Shown here piece by piece: positions 1-8,878 of a stretch of 64,000 nt of DNA (the first letter of the stretch is position 1; each line of letters begins with the position of its first letter). The notes below the pieces were generated by a model. That model was not told where the DNA came from. It saw only the letters and a list, made by a program, of their open reading frames with translations, and ran no database searches. Both the position numbers and the translations under genes were made by a program. Source of the stretch: a virus (Duplodnaviria > Heunggongvirae > Uroviricota > Caudoviricetes); IMG/VR virus record IMGVR_UViG_3300021255_002784, positions 88,416 through 152,415 of that record; one strand, given 5' to 3'.

Positions 1-50
1 ATCAAGATCGTTGAGACCGCGATGAAGATTGAGTTCTCTCACAAGTAATC

Positions 51-143
51 AAAAATCTTTGATATAAAGAAAGATCTTCTTTGAGGTAACCAAATATATA
101 CCTTAAAGAAGATCTTTTGTTATACACAAAATAACCGCGCAAT
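51..143. repeat. AGATCT-core inverted-repeat element, copy 1 (convergent gene junction)
   Basis: Arms TATAAAGAAAGATCTTCTTTGAGG (63-86) and CCTTAAAGAAGATCTTTTGTTATA (101-124); the whole ~95 bp is near-identical to 29611-29700. Confidence 0.85.
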
Positions 144-153
144 AAATCGATTT

Positions 154-1773
154 TTATCGAGCAGCATATCCGTGACCTGAATAGAAGTGTCGTGCCAAGT
201 CGTTAATCACACAGTTAGGATGTTGAGTAGTGTATTTAATCGACTCTTTGATAGCATCTGTCGTACCCAGGTCTCGATTGTACAGTTTGATATTGGTTAT
301 CATGCATGGATATGGTTGAATGTAGCATTCTTGTTTCTCACCTACTTCCATATCCAAATCATATCGGCTTGTTTCTGAATAGTACGGTTCTTCTTCAAAC
401 CAGTACATCTCCGGACGAAGCATGTATTTGGGTACATCTTCTTGATGGACGTACTTATACAGTTCCATACTGACAGTATATAACTTACGATTCCAACGAA
501 GGATAACCAGACTGGTGGCGAACTGTGATATTTCTACACTCATTCCGTTGAACGTCATAGTATACATACCTGTATGAGAGTCCTGTGACATGCGAACTTG
601 TATAGGCCCGAAGTTGATAATGTTTTGTCCTTCTGTGGGCTGACCTTGTGTTTGTAGTATGAAGGACAGTGTGCCATCCGCCCCACAATATCCATTTTGA
701 TAGGTAATGACAGCCCTAGGGTTCTTGAATTTATATATAGTTCGAGCGACTACGTTACTGTGATGATTGTACTGATAATCAATAACAGATACGTCTTCTT
801 TCGAATATTTTTGTCTTACAGCATCTTGCATAGAAATGTCGTATAAATTTGTAGCTGCATATGATGGAGAGGTAAGGGGAGTGGCTCCAGTCAATCTATC
901 CTGTTCATTACGTTCTTGTTGTCCGAACACCTCTTCGTATGTATTGAGGTTGAGATTGTCAATAAGGTTGTTTATTTCGTCCGGTATATTGATGTTGGTA
1001 GAATCCTCGTATTTGATGAGAGAAAGCTTCCAGGTAGTAGGTCTCCACATCAATCCCTCGTTCTTCTCGTCATAAGCTGTGTTCACCTGCCACATACGTT
1101 TCATCATAGGTATATATATGAAATCGCGCTGTTTAGGAAATGCTGTATCACCGAATGCCGTAGCAAACTCTGTTTTACCCACTTCCACATCCCAATCATT
1201 CTGCCAATCAAAATCAAGTGCAGTAAACTTAGGATTAGAAGAAGGCATGGTACCATCTTGGATCATCAGGTTGATTTGTTTGACCGCCTCTACTTCATGA
1301 AGGATATATTCCTTAAACGTGTAGTCAGCGGTATCTGCGTTGGGTTTTACCTTAAAGTAGTATACAGGTATACCAAACATACAGATGATACTGTCTGCCA
1401 TCTGTTGCTGGAGTAGCAAAGCACAATCCAGATTATTATACGGCTTGAACAGATTAGCATCCCCACAGAACGACTCCAGAAACGGATTGGTGGCATCTAC
1501 GCATATACTGTAGCACTTGGTAAACAGATTATTGATAGACACCTTTTCGAACGAATCGAACAATAGTATACGGAGATAGAACTCCTCTCCTATATTTTTA
1601 CAAATACTCAGATAATGAGCATAGTCGGTCCAGGTGGTCCAACAAACCAGATCATTCGACCAACTGTACATGCAGTTTTTTGTGATATCTATACCATCAC
1701 AATTGAACACCTGAACGGGTCCGTAACTAACTGCTTCATTAAACTGTAGTATTCGTTTTATTACGCAACTCAT
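154..1773 (-). CDS. Neck/head-closure protein, T4 gp14-like, with C-terminal extension
   Basis: Segment FGIPVYYFKVKP...YTFKEY...FPKQRDFIYIPMMKRMWQVNTAY resembles the gp14 family; lies in a structural cluster. Confidence 0.55.
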   Translation of the reverse strand: MSCVIKRILQFNEAVSYGPVQVFNCDGIDITKNCMYSWSNDLVCWTTWTDYAHYLSICKNIGEEFYLRILLFDSFEKVSINNLFTKCYSICVDATNPFLESFCGDANLFKPYNNLDCALLLQQQMADSIICMFGIPVYYFKVKPNADTADYTFKEYILHEVEAVKQINLMIQDGTMPSSNPKFTALDFDWQNDWDVEVGKTEFATAFGDTAFPKQRDFIYIPMMKRMWQVNTAYDEKNEGLMWRPTTWKLSLIKYEDSTNINIPDEINNLIDNLNLNTYEEVFGQQERNEQDRLTGATPLTSPSYAATNLYDISMQDAVRQKYSKEDVSVIDYQYNHHSNVVARTIYKFKNPRAVITYQNGYCGADGTLSFILQTQGQPTEGQNIINFGPIQVRMSQDSHTGMYTMTFNGMSVEISQFATSLVILRWNRKLYTVSMELYKYVHQEDVPKYMLRPEMYWFEEEPYYSETSRYDLDMEVGEKQECYIQPYPCMITNIKLYNRDLGTTDAIKESIKYTTQHPNCVINDLARHFYSGHGYAAR

Positions 1774-1823
1774 ATGATAATATAATAAGATCGGGCCCCT
1801 GGTGTGGAGACCCGATCATCTGT

Positions 1824-2135
1824 TTAGAAATTACCCATAGTAGGCATCTTTATAGTTGAAGGCATTTTGAAATCAGGCATCTTCGGCATCTTGGGTATAC
1901 TGTTACTCATCATCTTCTGCATAGCTCCCGGTTTAGTCATCTTCATAGCATCTTTTGCGCCGGACTTATCCAGTTCGCTCTTTTGCTGCTCGTTTTCGTC
2001 CTTAACCAGACGTTCTAGTTCTTTGGTAAACAACTCGAACTCCCAAAAGGCCATCTTGTCTATTTCGGAAGGCTGGATGCTAAACGCCTTACAAAGTTGT
2101 GCCTTGATCGATATAAGGTCCATAGGATCTACCAT
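1824..2135 (-). CDS. Baseplate hub/tail assembly chaperone, T4 gp51-like (start uncertain; frame open from 2249)
   Basis: AFSIQPSEIDKMAFWEFELFTKEL resembles the gp51 / P2 gpE'-type motif; directly follows a gp26-like gene. Confidence 0.5.
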   Translation of the reverse strand: MVDPMDLISIKAQLCKAFSIQPSEIDKMAFWEFELFTKELERLVKDENEQQKSELDKSGAKDAMKMTKPGAMQKMMSNSIPKMPKMPDFKMPSTIKMPTMGNF

Positions 2136-2175
2136 GAAGAGGTGATAAATCGCCTCTTCAAAGTAGGTAGCCTTA

Positions 2176-3291
2176 TCATCTAGAACCAAACTTCTGAACT
2201 CGGGTTTCAGTCGTGAAGAGAACTTTGACGCCGTTGGGAAACTGAACATTAGAGATCACTTCCTCCCCACAGTGAGGACATACAGCTTTGAGAGTCTCCT
2301 TCGGATTGATAGTGATATTGCGGATGATATCTGTCATCAATTCATACATAGGGACACTCCATGCTTTGTATATCTTTTCAATCTTTTGAACTTGGCGATC
2401 AAATTGCGTCTCATCACGGGATGCTTTATTGATCATCCATGGAAGGAAGGTAGAAACGAAAGTCTCGTCCAATTTCTTTTTGCGTTGGTACTGACGTTGA
2501 GCCCAATCGATAATGGCTTGCTGCTTTGCTAAAGTCGGAACCCAAAGAGTGATAGGCTCTTCACCTTCTACACCGTACTCAGTCGGATCGATGTTCCATT
2601 CCATCGTATCAGAGTTCCAGTGTTTCTTAACGACATCCTCATCCGGAAACTCATAGTGTAATGAACTGGAGCGAAGCTCGAACGTGATCTCCTCGTCGCA
2701 CTCTTGACAGTTGTCTTCGAAGGTAATGGTTTGTTTGTTAGATGCAAAGGTCAGTTCGCGTACTTTGAGAATAAACCAGAAACGATCCCAGGTATTGATA
2801 TGACTCCAAGAAATGACTTGTTGCCCATCCTTAATACGAACACACATCTTAATGATTTCATCAAAGGTGTTGTTCATCTGGAGTGCGTTCTTCTCGTCGA
2901 TACCAATCCAGTTCTTGATAGCCTGCACTGTAGCAGGACGAATATAGAACTCCCAGTCTTCAGGATAGAACTCTGAACGAATACCCATTTGCTCACGAAC
3001 AATAGGTACCCATCCTTCGGAAATAGAGGTGTCTTCAGACACACCGATTGTACGGGGTTCGTATTCAGGCATTTCATCTACCGGTTCAGCCTGTTGGGAT
3101 AGACGTTCTTTCATCTGACGCTCGCGCTCAAGAAAAGCGTTTTTTGAAGCTTCTTCCTCTGGAGACAGAGCCATAGGATTGTATGCTTTTTCGTTTTTTA
3201 GCTTACCGAGACCATGTTCTTGGATAGTGCCTTCTGCCCCAAGATCACCGATTTGCTCGGCTACTTGCTCGTACTTGTCTTTTTTAGCCAT
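2176..3291 (-). CDS. Baseplate hub assembly protein, T4 gp26-like
   Basis: IRPATVQAIK, DRFWFILKVRELT, CQEC and C-terminal CPHCG...FPNGVKVLF are typical of gp26-like proteins. Confidence 0.6.
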   Translation of the reverse strand: MAKKDKYEQVAEQIGDLGAEGTIQEHGLGKLKNEKAYNPMALSPEEEASKNAFLERERQMKERLSQQAEPVDEMPEYEPRTIGVSEDTSISEGWVPIVREQMGIRSEFYPEDWEFYIRPATVQAIKNWIGIDEKNALQMNNTFDEIIKMCVRIKDGQQVISWSHINTWDRFWFILKVRELTFASNKQTITFEDNCQECDEEITFELRSSSLHYEFPDEDVVKKHWNSDTMEWNIDPTEYGVEGEEPITLWVPTLAKQQAIIDWAQRQYQRKKKLDETFVSTFLPWMINKASRDETQFDRQVQKIEKIYKAWSVPMYELMTDIIRNITINPKETLKAVCPHCGEEVISNVQFPNGVKVLFTTETRVQKFGSR

Positions 3292-3406
3292 CTGCTAATT
3301 GAATTTATTTTGCATATATTATAACCCAAAAAACGTGTGTTTTTCAAGAAAAATGCCTAGAAAAACACGTTCTATCATTATTATATATACAACAAAACAA
3401 ATAATT

Positions 3407-4042
3407 ATGCCAGTTAAGTTCAATCCAGTAAAAGAAGAAATAGATGGAAAAAAGGCTCATCGAGTCATCTGGTCGACTGAGTCTTTGGAATTAGCACTCA
3501 AGGGATTGGAGCAAGGTCGCAAACTCATAGCGAATCCTTTTTATGAAAATAATACCCATCTGACCAAAGGCGATCTGGTGTTCGAGCGTACCGAAGAAGA
3601 GACACTTGAATGGCGTCGTTGTCGAAAGGATATTCTTTATTTTGCTCGTAAGTGTAAACTGATGACCCCTGAAGGTATCAAGTTCGTCAAACTACGTGAA
3701 TATCAGAAGCGTTATCTCAAACACTTGCAAGAAAACCGATTGAGTATATACCTGGCGTGCAGACAGTGTGGTAAATGTCTTTCATTAGCTACAGCAATCC
3801 ATTGCAAATTAACGCCAACCTTCCTATCCCACATTGACGACAAAATAAAAAGCCGATGGTATACATATTATTATATAAATGAACTAGATATTTTCCAAAT
3901 ACCATTATTCGAATTATACAATGTATTCGATCGTAGACCGATTTGGAAAATCAAATATCCTTTATATAAAATGTTGTATCAATTGATATGCCGAAAAGTC
4001 GAAAACGAACATCCGATAGAAAGAACTACTATCAATGCATAG
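3407..4042 (+). CDS. terL: Large terminase N-terminal fragment fused to split-intein N part
   Basis: CRKDILYFAR, LREYQ (Q motif) and Walker A LACRQCGK, followed by intein start CLSLATAI; stop at 4042. Confidence 0.9.
   Translation: MPVKFNPVKEEIDGKKAHRVIWSTESLELALKGLEQGRKLIANPFYENNTHLTKGDLVFERTEEETLEWRRCRKDILYFARKCKLMTPEGIKFVKLREYQKRYLKHLQENRLSIYLACRQCGKCLSLATAIHCKLTPTFLSHIDDKIKSRWYTYYYINELDIFQIPLFELYNVFDRRPIWKIKYPLYKMLYQLICRKVENEHPIERTTINA
3776..4039 (+). mobile_element. Split intein N-fragment (88 aa)
   Basis: Cys directly after Walker A GK (CLSLATAIHC, block A-like); no terminase sequence follows in this ORF. Confidence 0.8.
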
Positions 4043-4896
4043 AGTACTATTTGTACAGATATCCTCAGTTGAGTGAAGAACAATGCGAACAGCTGAGAAA
4101 AGAACGCATACAACAGTCCGTAAAAAAGAGGCCCGATTCTACCGGAATTTCTAATCCATCTCACAGGACTCGTGTAAGTCTGAGTGAAAGAAAACGCAGA
4201 TCGCCAATGTGCATAGAATACTGGATCTGGAAGCATCCTGATTTGAATGTTTGTGAGTGTGAGAAACTATTACAAGAACACAAACAAAAAATCAGTGATA
4301 AATTAAAAGATAAGACCAATCAACCTAAGTGTATAGATTATTGGGTATCTCGAGGATATACGCCAGAAAAAGCTAAACGCATCATTTCTGATTCGCAGAA
4401 AACTTTTTCATTAGAGAAATGTATATATAAATATGGTGAGGCGCGAGGAAGACAGGTATTTGCAGAAAGACAACGCAAATGGCAAGAGTCCCTTCGCAAA
4501 TCGTTCGCTCAAAACGGAGATTCCAGAAGTCCTCAAAGTTTTTTAGCAAGGACACTGATCACTACTCTGTGTAGTGCGCTATCAATAGGATACCCTTCTA
4601 AAGAAAAATATATATCTGATGAGGACGGTAATCATTTCGCATATGATTTTACATACGGAGATAAGATGATAGAAATCAATGGAGACTACTGGCATTGCAA
4701 TCCATTGATGTATAAAGAAGACTTCTTCAACAAAAGTAGACTATCATATGCAAAAGAAATATGGAACTACGATGCTAAAAAGGCGGAGTGTGCGAAAAAA
4801 CACGGATATAAATTGTTGACCATTTGGGAAACTGAATACAACCAAAATCCTGAAGACACTATAAAAAAATGCTTGGATTTTTTGCATGATCGATAA
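3988..4896 (+). CDS. Free-standing homing endonuclease, Vsr-like/PD-(D/E)xK type
   Basis: C-terminal FAYDFTYGDKMIEINGDYWHCNP...GYKLLTIWETEY; N-terminal CIEYW/CIDYW repeats; lies between the two terminase halves. Confidence 0.8.
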   Translation: MPKSRKRTSDRKNYYQCIEYYLYRYPQLSEEQCEQLRKERIQQSVKKRPDSTGISNPSHRTRVSLSERKRRSPMCIEYWIWKHPDLNVCECEKLLQEHKQKISDKLKDKTNQPKCIDYWVSRGYTPEKAKRIISDSQKTFSLEKCIYKYGEARGRQVFAERQRKWQESLRKSFAQNGDSRSPQSFLARTLITTLCSALSIGYPSKEKYISDEDGNHFAYDFTYGDKMIEINGDYWHCNPLMYKEDFFNKSRLSYAKEIWNYDAKKAECAKKHGYKLLTIWETEYNQNPEDTIKKCLDFLHDR

Positions 4897-5296
4897 ACTG
4901 ATACATATCATCTTGTTCATCATATCATTTATAGATAAATTCGAAAGAGATGACGAAAAACTCATCAAATCCTTTGAATTAGACGGAGTAAGCATATATA
5001 CAGATACTGGATTCAAAAAGGCTTCGCATATTCATTTAACGAAGGCGTTTTCTATATATAACATCCGTCTAGAGAATGGTTATCATCTGGAATGTGCAGA
5101 TACCCATATCGTGTTCGACGAGGATATGAAAGAGGTATGCGCCAAGGATCTTGTTATTGGAGACAAGATAATGACTGATCAAGGATCGAAACGCATCATC
5201 AATATAACTTACGACGACAAAAAAATATGTATGTGTGATGTTACTATAGACGATCAAGATCATCGTTATTATTCCAATGGTATACTATCACACAAT
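4886..5296 (+). mobile_element. Split intein C-fragment (137 aa)
   Basis: Block B-like LECADTHIVF, block F MCDVTIDDQDHRY, block G SHN followed by Thr+1. Confidence 0.9.
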
Positions 5297-6784
5297 ACCA
5301 CTACTTCAGCCATCTTCCTACTGTGGTATATATTATTTAATACCGATAAAAATGCACTGGTGCTGGGTAACAAAGCCAAGACGGCCAATGAAATTTTGGA
5401 TAAGGTCAAGAAGATTTATTTGGAACTTCCATACTATTTGAAACCCGGTATCTACAAATGGAACGAGAGCGAGATTGTTTTGGACAACGGGTGCCGCTGT
5501 ATGTCCGAGGCAACTACCATTAACTCAGGTATCTCTTTCACTTTCCATTGTGTGTTAGCAGATGAGTTCGCGCACGTTCCACCTACAATACTTGAACCAT
5601 TTTATAACAACCTGTTTCCTACTATCACAGCAGGTAAGGCTCGTTTTATCATCACCTCTACCCAAAACGGATACAACCTGTTTTATCGTTTGTACAAATA
5701 CGCAGAAATGGGTGTTAACGAATACAAGCCATTTAAGACTGACTGGTACGAGGTACCTGAATGGAATCCGGATACACATACCTGGGAGGTTCGTGATGAG
5801 AAATGGCATCAGCTTCAGGTGGCCAACTACGGCTCAGAAGAAGCGTTCAACAAGCAGTTTGGTACCAACTTCGATATCAATGCGAACACACTCATCAGCG
5901 CCAAGTACATCAGAAAGATACGTCCACAAGCCGTTGAGTTCGTCAATCAGGTTATCCCTGGTGTGGAATATAGTGATCACTACTACTGGGATCCGTCCTT
6001 CGAACCAGAGACAGACTTGCGCACATCCCATATGGTCATCACTATCGATATTGCCGAAGGTATAGGAGGTGACTTCACCACGTACTGTTTCAATAAGATA
6101 ATCAATAACGATGGAGACACCAAGTGTATAGGTGTCTTCCACGCTAATGACTTGGATACTGAACAGTGCACCAGGTCGTTGCAAGAACTGATATGTTTCC
6201 ATATGAATGCAGAACGCACCCTGGTGTCTTTGGAAACCAACCTATACGGAGAGTTGTTCATCAAACAACTGTTCGAGAATATGGATAAGTATGATGGTAC
6301 CCTCGGGACCATCTTCGATCCCGGTGTGCTGATTAAGTACTGGAACAAGAACATGACCGAATACACGTACGGTCTGAAGATCACCGCTAGTAACAAACCA
6401 AAGGGCTGTGTACTGTTCAAACAAGATTACGAACGCGGTCGTATCATCAACAACTCTACTGTGTTCTTAGGGGAGATCGAAAACTTCTGCGACTCCAAGG
6501 GAACAGGAACGTACGCATCATCATTCGGTCACGATGATGTGGTCATGTCTCAGATGCAATTAGTGTTCGCCAAACAGACACTTCAGTTCAAAAATCTATT
6601 AGACGACTACACCTCAGGTGTGTCTTGGGCAGAAAACGATAAGATATACAACCCGTACGATACACAAGAAAACATAAACGTGGCTATGAGTATGCCGACT
6701 GAAAGATTACCATTCATCAGTCAGTACGAAATGATGAAGGAATTGCAACGTAGTAATATAAATCGACTAAATGGCTTGAGATAA
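4886..6784 (+). CDS. terL: Split-intein C part fused to large terminase C-terminal fragment (ATPase remainder + RNase H nuclease)
   Basis: Intein end YSNGILSHN, then TTTSAIFLLWY; Walker B VLADEFAH; nuclease motifs TIDIAEGIGGDFT and GHDDVVMS. Confidence 0.92.
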   Translation: MIDKLIHIILFIISFIDKFERDDEKLIKSFELDGVSIYTDTGFKKASHIHLTKAFSIYNIRLENGYHLECADTHIVFDEDMKEVCAKDLVIGDKIMTDQGSKRIINITYDDKKICMCDVTIDDQDHRYYSNGILSHNTTTSAIFLLWYILFNTDKNALVLGNKAKTANEILDKVKKIYLELPYYLKPGIYKWNESEIVLDNGCRCMSEATTINSGISFTFHCVLADEFAHVPPTILEPFYNNLFPTITAGKARFIITSTQNGYNLFYRLYKYAEMGVNEYKPFKTDWYEVPEWNPDTHTWEVRDEKWHQLQVANYGSEEAFNKQFGTNFDINANTLISAKYIRKIRPQAVEFVNQVIPGVEYSDHYYWDPSFEPETDLRTSHMVITIDIAEGIGGDFTTYCFNKIINNDGDTKCIGVFHANDLDTEQCTRSLQELICFHMNAERTLVSLETNLYGELFIKQLFENMDKYDGTLGTIFDPGVLIKYWNKNMTEYTYGLKITASNKPKGCVLFKQDYERGRIINNSTVFLGEIENFCDSKGTGTYASSFGHDDVVMSQMQLVFAKQTLQFKNLLDDYTSGVSWAENDKIYNPYDTQENINVAMSMPTERLPFISQYEMMKELQRSNINRLNGLR

Positions 6785-6800
6785 ACATATATATTAAACT

Positions 6801-7424
6801 ATGGCAACAGATAAGAAAACGACTACTGATAAGAAACCTAGTAAAAACTATTCTCTCATACGCGAGATACGTAAGGACAACTTATATAAAAGTAATGTAG
6901 GCCGTCGCGATATTAAAGCTCGGCAAGAGATTAACGAACAGTGCGAGATATCTGGTCCGTCTAAGGTCATGCCAGGTCAGTTGATATCATTCAACTATCT
7001 CCAGCCGAAAACAATGGAAGAACTAGAGTATTACGATGCTATGCCGGTTACTATTTTCTTCGGTGTGTTTAATACCGATCAAGGTCAGCGCATCATGGGA
7101 TTCAATATTCACTACTATCCACCACGTATCCGCTATCAGATCATGAATCGTATATTTGAGATCTGGAAACCTATGTATTTGAAAGCCTGGGGGAACGGTC
7201 TAAAAAGCGACCTCACCCATTTTGATTATCAATGGTTACAGGCACAATTGGAGAACGCAGGATTAGGTTTTGGCGTCCGCATGTACATACCTAATCTTAC
7301 TGGTGCTATACGTGTTGTGCCTCCAAAGTTATGGGTAAAGGCTGTGTTCACTGAAGGTGTGTTCAAGAAGAAAACTCGAGAAGCTATTCTTAAGTACTGG
7401 ACACAGTATAGAAAGAAAAACTAA
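6801..7424 (+). CDS. DNA end protector protein, T4 gp2-like
   Basis: PGQLISFNY...YYDAMP...GFNIHYYPPRIR matches the gp2 family pattern. Confidence 0.7.
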   Translation: MATDKKTTTDKKPSKNYSLIREIRKDNLYKSNVGRRDIKARQEINEQCEISGPSKVMPGQLISFNYLQPKTMEELEYYDAMPVTIFFGVFNTDQGQRIMGFNIHYYPPRIRYQIMNRIFEIWKPMYLKAWGNGLKSDLTHFDYQWLQAQLENAGLGFGVRMYIPNLTGAIRVVPPKLWVKAVFTEGVFKKKTREAILKYWTQYRKKN

Positions 7425-7468
7425 AGATTCAGAATCGACATCATATATTATATCAAAACCATATCAGT

Positions 7469-7753
7469 ATGACTCTAAAACAAACCATTACCGAAAGCCT
7501 TCATGGCGGGATAGGTGTAACATTCATTCTCCATCGTAAATATTACGATGACCGATGGAATGGAGAGCGCGACGGATATATGGAAGTCGAAATAACAGAC
7601 TACCACGAAAGTGAATCAAAAGACGACTCATTGGTTAAGATCCTAGTAAAAACATCGTTCCAAAGACATCATATTGGTGATGCCGAATGGCATGACATGA
7701 ACTGGTGTTCGCAATGGGAAGTTATTACAATCTTATCCATGTGCCCTATCTAA
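7469..7753 (+). CDS. Hypothetical protein (CTS-like N-terminus MTLKQTITES)
   Basis: Compact ORF with AT-rich leader. Confidence 0.55.
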   Translation: MTLKQTITESLHGGIGVTFILHRKYYDDRWNGERDGYMEVEITDYHESESKDDSLVKILVKTSFQRHHIGDAEWHDMNWCSQWEVITILSMCPI

Positions 7754-7754
7754 T

Positions 7755-7955
7755 ATGAAACAGTACGTAACAGCTGAAGAGTTTCGCGATACCATATGTG
7801 TCAAATGCAAGTGCCTACCGGGTTATTGCGCAGACAAACAAGACCTGAGCGATCCAAAGAACGTACACTGGATGTATGCCTGTCCAAAGTATTTCGAAAT
7901 GAATCTTGAACGTTATAAAGAAAGAGTTAGTTATGTGGCCGAAGATGACGAATAG
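7755..7955 (+). CDS. Hypothetical Cys-rich protein
   Basis: CVKCKC..C...C; tightly coupled to neighbours. Confidence 0.5.
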   Translation: MKQYVTAEEFRDTICVKCKCLPGYCADKQDLSDPKNVHWMYACPKYFEMNLERYKERVSYVAEDDE

Positions 7956-8430
7956 CGAAGTAGTATTTCGGGAGTTTCCTGACGAGGTGACTCTGGCGAT
8001 CAACCTTTCTGGATGCCCATTTCATTGTAAGGATTGCCATTCGCCTTGGCTTCAAGAACATACTGGTGAATATGTCACACCTCAATTACTTAACAAACTC
8101 ATCAAAGCAAACCCGATGATCACATGTGTCGGACTGATGGGAGGCGACGGTTACTATCATAAGGTAGAACAGATAGCTCGCTATCTATTCAAAATGTACC
8201 CACACCTCAAACTCGGATGGTACAGTGGTCGTGAGACTCGACCATACGACATGTACACTCAGATGTTCACGTACGTCAAGTACGGTCCATACATACCAGA
8301 ACGAGGTCCACTGGATAATCCTAATACTAATCAAAGGATGTATTTCAATCCGACCCCTACTGAATCGGACAACTTTCGTAGTGTAGAATGGATAGACATT
8401 ACTCATAAATTTTGGAGAGAAAATCAATAG
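7933..8430 (+). CDS. nrdG: Anaerobic ribonucleotide reductase activating protein (radical SAM)
   Basis: VVFREFPDEVTLAINLSGCPFHCKDCHS (CxxxCxxC), MGGD, YVKYGPY...GPL...TNQRMY; Bacteroides-type NrdG. Confidence 0.85.
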   Translation: MWPKMTNSEVVFREFPDEVTLAINLSGCPFHCKDCHSPWLQEHTGEYVTPQLLNKLIKANPMITCVGLMGGDGYYHKVEQIARYLFKMYPHLKLGWYSGRETRPYDMYTQMFTYVKYGPYIPERGPLDNPNTNQRMYFNPTPTESDNFRSVEWIDITHKFWRENQ

Positions 8431-8434
8431 CAAC

Positions 8435-8469
8435 CACTAAAGATTTTCTCTTTTTTCTTATATATATAC
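8435..8469 (+). promoter_or_regulatory. Putative phage promoter CACTAAA-N18-ATATATATAC
   Basis: The same bipartite motif recurs at 10730, 12730, 25527 and 53856, each upstream of a + strand small-gene cluster. Confidence 0.6.
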
Positions 8470-8489
8470 ATATAACAATTGATAAGAAT

Positions 8490-8747
8490 ATGACACTTGA
8501 ATATAATCCAATGAAAACTATCACGTACGAATCAGCAAAAGAAGCAGCCAAGCAAGTACGAGAATATATGAACAATGATACGTGCATCATTGGTCCGCAA
8601 TGGGTTCAACTGACATCCGATTTGGAATATACTCTTCAGGAATGGCATTATACCAATGATCCGCGTGCAAACGAGTTCAAAGAAGAATACGAGTACATAC
8701 ACGAACGCGCCACATACAACTGGCACAAGTACGAAGATCCAGAATAA
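8490..8747 (+). CDS. Hypothetical protein
   Basis: ORF directly downstream of the promoter motif. Confidence 0.55.
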   Translation: MTLEYNPMKTITYESAKEAAKQVREYMNNDTCIIGPQWVQLTSDLEYTLQEWHYTNDPRANEFKEEYEYIHERATYNWHKYEDPE

Positions 8748-8878
8748 TAAAAACATCATTATATGCCAAGTATAGCTTATCGCGTTTATCGAAATGGTAA
8801 ATATGTTACCACAGTTTACAATCGGTACGAATCCAAGTGGTGGCGAGGAGAAGGTATAACTATTGAGGAGGAAAGACT

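Noticed and set aside
1-48. 3' end of an upstream + strand gene (…IKIVETAMKIEFSHK*)
   Set aside because: Too short to assign a product.
4043-4885. Group I intron as the explanation for the split terminase
   Set aside because: The interval is entirely covered by the endonuclease ORF, which overlaps both flanks, leaving no room for a non-coding ribozyme core; both flanks carry intein motifs. Not formally excluded without RT-PCR.
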